Shown: piece after piece, positions 57,114 through 64,000 of the stretch
How the letters are laid out: the number at the start of each line of letters is the position of its first letter
How positions within the stretch are numbered: the stretch's first letter is position 1
Virus record (IMG/VR): IMGVR_UViG_3300032241_003323
Span: 6,042-70,041 of that record
DNA from: a virus
DNA length: 64,000 nt
Strand: one strand, 5' to 3'
Made by a program: the position numbers and the translations under genes
Notes under the pieces: model-generated
Told to the model about the DNA's origin: nothing
Database searches by the model: none
Seen by the model: the letters and a program-made list of their open reading frames with translations, nothing else

Positions 57114-58186
57114 TATTCCTCACTTTCTTGCAATTCTTTTTCTGTATCTTCTAATGGAGTTAAATCTGGCAAGTTTTCCATTTTAATTGTTCCATAAAAA
57201 TTTGAATTTATAAGTTTTTTGCCATAAGTCATAAAAACTTCAGATGGTTCAGAATCCTCTGAAATAACCGGACAATCTAAAACAAATGGAGAATATATAT
57301 ATCCACTTAAATAATTGTTATGTAAATCTTTAAGACCTAACAATATATTTCCAGATGGTGCCAAACAATCTTCAAAAATAAATAATTTTTTATTTAATTT
57401 GCCAATGTAATTAACGCCATCATCCAAATAATCAAAATTATCTTCTTTTTTTTCTATATATTTATCTAAAATTTTTACAATCAAAGAACTTGTGACCACC
57501 CAAGTGGCCTCTTTTCCAAAACATTTAGCCGCAATATAAGCACCCATTCCTTCAATAAGAGAAAGCAAATGATCTTCATCTTTGTAGTCATAAACTACAG
57601 ATTTATCAGCATTTGCTGAAATATCTCTAATTATTTCTCGTGTTATTTCATTTCTAACATTATTTACAAAATATTCTATCGCTGCACATTCAGCATCAAG
57701 CCCCAGAACAAAACTTTCACCCATAAATTTAAAATTTCTATCATTGTAATCGGGCTTTTCCCAAAAAGTAGCGAATCTTCTGCGATTGCTGGAAACAATA
57801 TGAGAATTCATTCTTCCATCAAAACCAAAAGAATAAACATTCTGTTGAACTTCACTTAACGGCTGAACAGATACAAGATCATTTCCTATAAAATTATTTG
57901 AAAATAACCTGCGAATTATTGGAACAGAAACTCTTATCCATTGCTTAAAATAATATTTTTCTACATAATTTTTACTTTTATTTAAATTATATTGATTTTC
58001 ACAAAGAGTTGAAATATTTCGACATATGTAGGGCTCTTTCAAATCATTCAAAAGACCTGATTTTGCCCATTTTAATGCAATATCAGTAACAGAATTCACA
58101 TAAGATTCACTAAAATTTAACGATCTAAGTTTTATTTTATCTTTGTTTAAAATATTTACAACATTATCAGATTTTATATTTTTCAT
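57113..58186 (-). CDS. divergent T4 gp23-like major capsid protein paralog
   Basis: KW..SGLL, ENQ, PIIRR, DLVSVQPL, GLDAE, EITREII, WVVTS, GYIYSPF, TYGK. Confidence 0.75.
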   Translation of the reverse strand: MKNIKSDNVVNILNKDKIKLRSLNFSESYVNSVTDIALKWAKSGLLNDLKEPYICRNISTLCENQYNLNKSKNYVEKYYFKQWIRVSVPIIRRLFSNNFIGNDLVSVQPLSEVQQNVYSFGFDGRMNSHIVSSNRRRFATFWEKPDYNDRNFKFMGESFVLGLDAECAAIEYFVNNVRNEITREIIRDISANADKSVVYDYKDEDHLLSLIEGMGAYIAAKCFGKEATWVVTSSLIVKILDKYIEKKEDNFDYLDDGVNYIGKLNKKLFIFEDCLAPSGNILLGLKDLHNNYLSGYIYSPFVLDCPVISEDSEPSEVFMTYGKKLINSNFYGTIKMENLPDLTPLEDTEKELQESEE

Positions 58187-58812
58187 TTTTGTAGTAAACC
58201 TGTTCCATATCTTGTTTTAAAAACTACTGGCTTTCTGTTCTTACTTTCACAAAAAGCAAAAAAAGCATCTTTGGCTGGCTTATGTCTTTCAATGTAGTCT
58301 GCAACAATAATGCCATATTCACCAACGTAAGTCCAAACAGAATCCAAATAAGTCAAGTGTTTGTCATAGGTTGTTTCTTCGTTCACAAATATCAAATCCC
58401 AATTAACTGAAGAAATAATTTCAGAAAATTCTCGATCATAGACATTACCTGCATAAAAATCAGATTTACCTTTAAACTTCCTTTTAATGTTTGAACTTCC
58501 TATGCGAAATGAATTAAACTCTTGAAACTTTTCTTTAAATCCAAAAAAAAGTTTTGCTGTTTTACAAGAACAAAAAAAACTCGAACTAAGTAATCCCAAA
58601 TTAAATCCAATTTCCATTACATTTTCAGGTTTTATGTGTTTTCCCAAATGATAATAAAATGGAGCATATCTATGATCCAGATATGCCGCTGTCTTTCTTG
58701 AATCTTCATCAATTACAAGAAATTGGTCCAATAAAACTCTACCACTTATAGTTTGAGAATTTAATTCCGAATTCAAAATAGATTCAAAAGAATAAATATC
58801 AAATTTTTCCAT
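58183..58812 (-). CDS. class I SAM-dependent methyltransferase-like protein
   Basis: VMEIGFNLG, WDLIFV, GIIVADY. Confidence 0.6.
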   Translation of the reverse strand: MEKFDIYSFESILNSELNSQTISGRVLLDQFLVIDEDSRKTAAYLDHRYAPFYYHLGKHIKPENVMEIGFNLGLLSSSFFCSCKTAKLFFGFKEKFQEFNSFRIGSSNIKRKFKGKSDFYAGNVYDREFSEIISSVNWDLIFVNEETTYDKHLTYLDSVWTYVGEYGIIVADYIERHKPAKDAFFAFCESKNRKPVVFKTRYGTGLLQK

Positions 58813-58828
58813 TATCTAATAGAGTAAC

Positions 58829-59614
58829 ATGAATTTACATATATTTGCAGAATCTGGTGCAATTGGTGATCAAGCATTAAACCTGTGTCGAATCAATGCG
58901 GCTTTGGTCAAAGGAGGATACCAAAAAGCAATAATACACACCTCATCCATACTTCATGCAAATGGCATAGATATTCCAATAAATCCCGATGTACTTAAAA
59001 TATGGGAAAGAACTAAATTTATAAAAGAAGTTATTATAGACAATAATTGTGGAAGTCCAAAAGAAGATTTTAAAATTCAAGAACCAATGGATTTTTTAGA
59101 AATAAACGACATAAGAGAATGGGTAGATCTAAAAGATTTTATTCCTGATTTTACAGGAGAAAAAATTGCATTATTTCAACCAATAAGTTTAAAACTTAAA
59201 CCGAAAGATCATATCAATGATTATATCCCCGTTTGGAATCTCTGTCTTAAAACATTGATAAGAAAAGGATATGAAATTTTCATGGTTGGATCAGAAAATG
59301 ATCCAATTGATCTTTGTGTGGATAAAGAATTTTTACCTTACATAAACAACAAATGCGGCAAATGGTCGGTTTTAGAATCTATTGCTTTTACAATTTATTG
59401 TTCCGATTTTGTTTTATCCTGTGATAGTTGGGCCGGTTTATGGGGAATTGCATCACAGAAAAAAACAGCTATCGCTTGGGGACACCGAATGGAAAACAAT
59501 ATTGACTTCTGGGTATCTAATTTTTTAGGAAATAAAAACTATTATAAATATGGATGGTCTTCTCAAAAAGATTATTGTGATGCATTTTTAGCTGAATATA
59601 TAGAATCACTATGA
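58829..59614 (+). CDS. GT9-like glycosyltransferase
   Basis: GAIGD, MVGSEND, NKCGKWSVLES, SCDS. Confidence 0.6.
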   Translation: MNLHIFAESGAIGDQALNLCRINAALVKGGYQKAIIHTSSILHANGIDIPINPDVLKIWERTKFIKEVIIDNNCGSPKEDFKIQEPMDFLEINDIREWVDLKDFIPDFTGEKIALFQPISLKLKPKDHINDYIPVWNLCLKTLIRKGYEIFMVGSENDPIDLCVDKEFLPYINNKCGKWSVLESIAFTIYCSDFVLSCDSWAGLWGIASQKKTAIAWGHRMENNIDFWVSNFLGNKNYYKYGWSSQKDYCDAFLAEYIESL

Positions 59615-60303
59615 AAATTAAATTCTTGATTACAGGGATGCCACGAAGTGGAACAGTTTACATGGCAAGACTATTAACCAGTCTTGAAATAATGTGTGGT
59701 CACGAATCCATATTCACGCCAGAAGGAATAGAAGGAGCAATCAATAGATTGAACGAAGAAAAAGAAATTATAACAAGTGCGGTTTCTTCCGATGTCAAAG
59801 AAATATGGTTTGACCATAAAAATCAAATTGCAGAATCAAGCTATTTATCTGTTCCATATCTAGATCATGAGTGTTTAAACTCTTGTAAAATTATTCACTT
59901 GGTTAGGAACCCTATTAAAGTAATAATCTCTATATATTACGATGCAAATTTTTGGCGATCAGAAGGACAATTGCCTTACAAAAATTTTGTTTACAGCCAT
60001 TTTCCAGAACTTAAAGAAATAGAAAATGAAATTGAAAGAACTGTTGCTTTTTATGTTTTGTGGAATGAAAAAGCAGAAAGAAAGTCTGATATAAGAATTT
60101 GTGTAGAAAATTGCCATGAAAACAAAAAGCTTTTTAATTTTATTGAAATAAAAATTAAAAAAAATTATTTTAAAGACCAAAAAATAAATTCATGGAATTT
60201 TAGAAAAAAAGATTTATCTCTAGAAGAAATTCCAAATGGAAAATATAAACATGAATTTTTAAAAAAAATATTCAATTACGGATACAACAAACTTTACTTA
60301 TGA
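59611..60303 (+). CDS. sulfotransferase-family protein
   Basis: ITGMPRSGT (5'-PSB loop), HLVRNP...S (3'-PB). Confidence 0.75.
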   Translation: MKIKFLITGMPRSGTVYMARLLTSLEIMCGHESIFTPEGIEGAINRLNEEKEIITSAVSSDVKEIWFDHKNQIAESSYLSVPYLDHECLNSCKIIHLVRNPIKVIISIYYDANFWRSEGQLPYKNFVYSHFPELKEIENEIERTVAFYVLWNEKAERKSDIRICVENCHENKKLFNFIEIKIKKNYFKDQKINSWNFRKKDLSLEEIPNGKYKHEFLKKIFNYGYNKLYL

Positions 60304-60310
60304 GAAAATA

Positions 60311-61396
60311 ATGTACGATTATCTAATAGTTGGTGCAGGGTTATTTGGATCTGTTTTTGCACGAGAACTAGCCGAAAAAAACAAAAAAATTCTTTTAATC
60401 GAAAAAAACAATCATGTGGCTGGAATGTGTTATTCAGAAAAGATTGATGGAATTGAAGTGCATAAATTTGGAGCACACATATTCCACACCAATAATGAAA
60501 AAATATGGAATTATGTTAACCGCTTCGCAGAATTTAACAACTATCAACATAGGGTAAAAGTAAACCACAAAAATACAATTTATTCTTTTCCAATCAACCT
60601 GATGACTTTACAACAGGTTTGGGGAATAACAACGCCACAAGAAGCAATAGAACAATTAAATCAAAAAAAAGAAAATATAAAAAATCCTAATAACCTAGAA
60701 GATTGGTGTATATCACAAATAGGAAAAGAACTATATGAAATTTTCATAAAAGAATACACTGCAAAACAATGGGGAAGAGACCCTTCCTGCCTTCCTTCAT
60801 CCATTGTAAAAAGATTGCCCATTAGAACAAATTATGATGATAGATACTTTTCAGATAAATACCAAGGCATTCCAATCAATGGATACACCAATTTAGTAGA
60901 AAACATACTCGACCATAAAAACATAAAAATTGATACAAATTGCAATTTCTTTGAAAACAAAGAAATTGTGAAAAGCAGTAAAAAAATAGTTTTTACTGGC
61001 AAGATTGATGAATTTTTTGATTACAAATATGGACAATTAGATTATAGATCTCTCAAATTTGAAATAGAAAGTTTAACTGGGGACTATCAAGGAACTACTG
61101 TTGTAAACCACTCAAGTTCATCCACTCCCTATACGAGAATAATTGAACACAAACACTTTGCATTTCAAAATTGTGAAAAAACCGTTATAACAAAAGAATA
61201 TCCAGATAATTACGACTTAAATAAAGTACCTTTTTATCCAGTGTGCGATGAATCAAACAACGCAACATACAACAAATACAAAAAAGAATCAGACAATCAA
61301 AATATTATTCTTGGTGGCAGATTGGCCACCTACCAATATTTAGACATGCATCAAATAATAGGCCAAGCACTCGAAACCTCTAAAAAGGAACTATAA
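60311..61396 (+). CDS. glf: UDP-galactopyranose mutase
   Basis: VGAGLFG, HKFGAHIFHT, YTAKQWG, YQGIP, RIIEHKHF, GRLATYQYLDM. Confidence 0.96.
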   Translation: MYDYLIVGAGLFGSVFARELAEKNKKILLIEKNNHVAGMCYSEKIDGIEVHKFGAHIFHTNNEKIWNYVNRFAEFNNYQHRVKVNHKNTIYSFPINLMTLQQVWGITTPQEAIEQLNQKKENIKNPNNLEDWCISQIGKELYEIFIKEYTAKQWGRDPSCLPSSIVKRLPIRTNYDDRYFSDKYQGIPINGYTNLVENILDHKNIKIDTNCNFFENKEIVKSSKKIVFTGKIDEFFDYKYGQLDYRSLKFEIESLTGDYQGTTVVNHSSSSTPYTRIIEHKHFAFQNCEKTVITKEYPDNYDLNKVPFYPVCDESNNATYNKYKKESDNQNIILGGRLATYQYLDMHQIIGQALETSKKEL

Positions 61397-62460
61397 TGTA
61401 CGATATTGAATTTATGCTTATTATTTCTTCAAAAGAAACAAGCGATGCAAACTATAAAAATAGATTTTTAGATTTTAAAAAATACGGATTACTTAATATT
61501 AAAGACCACAAAGTAAATTTAAAATTACTTGTTTTTAAATATGACAATTTCTCACAATATGAACTACTTAATGATTGGCCAAAAGGAATAGATGTAGAAG
61601 TAATAAATCAAGAGTCAGAGCATCCAGCGTGCAAAATTTATGATTACTATTTAAATTTTAGCAATGCAGATACCGCCAAGTGGTTTGCAAAAGTAGACGA
61701 TGATTCAATTACAGATGTCGATAGATTAATGGCAAATTTAGAATTGCATTTTGAATATACAAAAGAATACTACTTAGCAACAGAAATAGTTAAATGTAAC
61801 ACAGAAATTGAAAAAGATATACTTATCTCTATGGGATTAAACCATTTGGCAGAAGATAAATTTGTATCTCATGAGTGGGAGATGTCTATATTATCACAAG
61901 AAGCTTTACGAAGAATTTTGAATACCCCAAATTCAAAAAAAGTAATGGAGCTTAGATCAAAAATTGCAGAAGGATGGGGCGATCACGCCTTAGCTGTAGC
62001 AGCAAGATTGGCAAAAGTATATCCTTGTGAGGCTTATTTTTTAACACAATGGCCCATACTAGAAAATTTTTCTATTTTTGGCGGATATCTTAATCATATT
62101 CATTTTATCTCACGAGACAAAAACGAAAATCTATTAAAACTATTAATTAGGTATTCTGAAAATAAAATTTGTCCAATGGAAATTTGGGAAAAAATTAAAA
62201 ATAAAAAATTTTTATTTACAAGACAAGATCTAATTCCAATTTTTATATTTGAATTTAACATAAGCGGAAAATTAAACACATTTCATTTAAATCCTATAAA
62301 CGAAACTTTTTGGTTTTATGAAAACGGAAGAATATACATTTGTGACAAAGAATGCCAACCAACAACAATATTAGATATAATAAATGATGACTATATGGAA
62401 GGAAAATTTTTACACGACCGACAAGTCACACACAAAGTTACAAAATTAAACTTACAATAA
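61396..62460 (+). CDS. GT-A fold glycosyltransferase (GT31/fringe-like)
   Basis: WFAKVDDDS DxD motif, SILSQEAL, GD. Confidence 0.55.
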   Translation: MYDIEFMLIISSKETSDANYKNRFLDFKKYGLLNIKDHKVNLKLLVFKYDNFSQYELLNDWPKGIDVEVINQESEHPACKIYDYYLNFSNADTAKWFAKVDDDSITDVDRLMANLELHFEYTKEYYLATEIVKCNTEIEKDILISMGLNHLAEDKFVSHEWEMSILSQEALRRILNTPNSKKVMELRSKIAEGWGDHALAVAARLAKVYPCEAYFLTQWPILENFSIFGGYLNHIHFISRDKNENLLKLLIRYSENKICPMEIWEKIKNKKFLFTRQDLIPIFIFEFNISGKLNTFHLNPINETFWFYENGRIYICDKECQPTTILDIINDDYMEGKFLHDRQVTHKVTKLNLQ

Positions 62461-62461
62461 A

Positions 62462-63475
62462 ATGTTAAAACTCATAAAAAAGAAATCTAAAACTCCAATA
62501 TCTTTAAAAAATTACCACGAAAGAAGAAACAAAATTCTTATAAAAAGAAGAGCAGGAGGATTTGGAGACATCCTCATGCAAAGAATGATGTTTGAAGATT
62601 TTTCCAAAATTTTTCCAGGAATTGAATTAACATTCTCCTGCCCATTTCAGTACATAGAAATGGCAAAAAACCACCCATTTGTTAACGCAATAAGTTTAGA
62701 TTCTATAAATGAAGATGAATATGGTGCTGTATACGACATAACAACTGCATGTCGAGTTCATGAAGCAAGATATGGATCAAGGAATCCATATCATCGTAGT
62801 GATATTTGGGCCGCACATTGTGGAATAATTCTACAAAATCATAATATGCACCTTAAATCAAATGAAGAAATGAAACAAAGATGCAAAGAAATATTGAATT
62901 ATTATAATCCAGATAAAAAACCAACAGTTATTTTGGCAACAAAATCTACAAACGATGATTTTGGAATGAATAAAAGTCTAACTGAAAATCAAATAGAAGA
63001 ATTGGCAGCATCTTTAAAAAATCAAGGATATTTTGTATACACAATTCACAAAGAACATCAAACAATTTATGAAAATTTAGGAATAAATCAATTCGTATCA
63101 ATAGATCTTCAAGCCTGGATTGCTTTTGTAGATATTTCTGATTACATAATTTCTATTGATAGTGCAACATTTCATATTGCAGGAGGTCTTAAAAAACCAT
63201 TAGTTGGAATATTTACATTTACTGATGGAAAAGTCTATGGAAAATACTATGACTTTATATTAGTGCAAAAACATCGTGACAATGGAAATTGGCCATGTGG
63301 ACCATGCTTTAACATCGGGTTTTGCCCAAAAACAAAAGATTTTTTCAAGCCCTGCCTAACAGAGCTAACTTCCTCGGATATTTTGAAGGGCTTTGCTGAG
63401 GCAACAACGAGGTGGATTGTCGCAAAAAATGATCAAAAAAATCAGCAAAGCATTTTTTTTGATCATAAAGCATAA
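62462..63475 (+). CDS. GT9 family glycosyltransferase
   Basis: GGFGDIL, HPFV, ISIDSATFHIAGGLKKPLVGIF, CGPC. Confidence 0.85.
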   Translation: MLKLIKKKSKTPISLKNYHERRNKILIKRRAGGFGDILMQRMMFEDFSKIFPGIELTFSCPFQYIEMAKNHPFVNAISLDSINEDEYGAVYDITTACRVHEARYGSRNPYHRSDIWAAHCGIILQNHNMHLKSNEEMKQRCKEILNYYNPDKKPTVILATKSTNDDFGMNKSLTENQIEELAASLKNQGYFVYTIHKEHQTIYENLGINQFVSIDLQAWIAFVDISDYIISIDSATFHIAGGLKKPLVGIFTFTDGKVYGKYYDFILVQKHRDNGNWPCGPCFNIGFCPKTKDFFKPCLTELTSSDILKGFAEATTRWIVAKNDQKNQQSIFFDHKA

Positions 63476-64000
63476 AAATATTATTTTTTCTGTACAAAAG
63501 CTTCACATATTTATCATGGCCAGATGGGGCATAAATATTATGTAACAACAATCCTCCAGGACCAATGCAAAAAGAAGGAATGTTATAAACCCATGCAGCA
63601 CATTGCATTGAACTGTGACTTCCCACAAAAAATGAAGCACCTTCAACTACCTTACAAGAAAATCTTGTGCTTCCAACTATTTTTTTTACATTTTTAGAAC
63701 TATAATTATAATCTTCTTGTCCCAATACAAAAATTTGAATTCCTGATGTATCTGCAATCCATTGCGCCAAATGAAAAATATCAAACTCACAAGAAAGATT
63801 TCTCTCTCCTTTAGAAGCAAATGGATGAAAAACACCATAAGGTTTTTTCAAATTACAATAATCAAATTCTTCTTCTTCACTCAACCAAAGAGATGGTATC
63901 AATTTTGGAAAATCTATTATATTTGAAATAAATTCAATATCATCATTTTTTCTATTATCCAAATAGAATTGCTCTTCATAAAAAACAGGATTTGAAAAAA
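63345..64000 (-). CDS. GT9-like glycosyltransferase, 5' end beyond the window
   Basis: VFHPFAS..RN, FVGSHSSM..AAW..NIP; frame stays open to the window edge. Confidence 0.55.
   Translation of the reverse strand, partial: FSNPVFYEEQFYLDNRKNDDIEFISNIIDFPKLIPSLWLSEEEEFDYCNLKKPYGVFHPFASKGERNLSCEFDIFHLAQWIADTSGIQIFVLGQEDYNYSSKNVKKIVGSTRFSCKVVEGASFFVGSHSSMQCAAWVYNIPSFCIGPGGLLLHNIYAPSGHDKYVKLLYRKNNIFMLYDQKKCFADFFDHFLRQSTSLLPQQSPSKYPRKLALLGRA

Overview
AT-rich, gene-dense segment that looks like part of a huge (jumbo) T4-like bacteriophage. Phage-type genes include a UvsX/RecA recombinase, a gp32-like SSB, a gp23-like capsid paralog, a dNMP kinase, ThyX, an amidoligase, HNH nucleases and many ORFans. 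There is no rRNA, tRNA or housekeeping operon. The main features are: (1) a type V-I CRISPR locus (cas12i plus a 16-repeat array, no cas1/2/4 in the window), with a repeat-derived element in the cas12i 5' UTR, a candidate attenuator RNA upstream and HNH genes on both sides; (2) DNA polymerase III alpha split into two genes, where the PHP half has its HLHLH motif cut off from the rest by a 7-nt stop-containing gap right after a strong hairpin, a possible recoding or bypass site; (3) a prkA-yeaH-spoVR-clpP cluster; (4) HldE, Glf and many glycosyltransferases; (5) a CCA-adding enzyme/2H phosphoesterase/GNAT cluster; (6) several ORFs with T4-like capsid-targeting N-termini. All calls come from motif recognition by eye, and no database searches were run.
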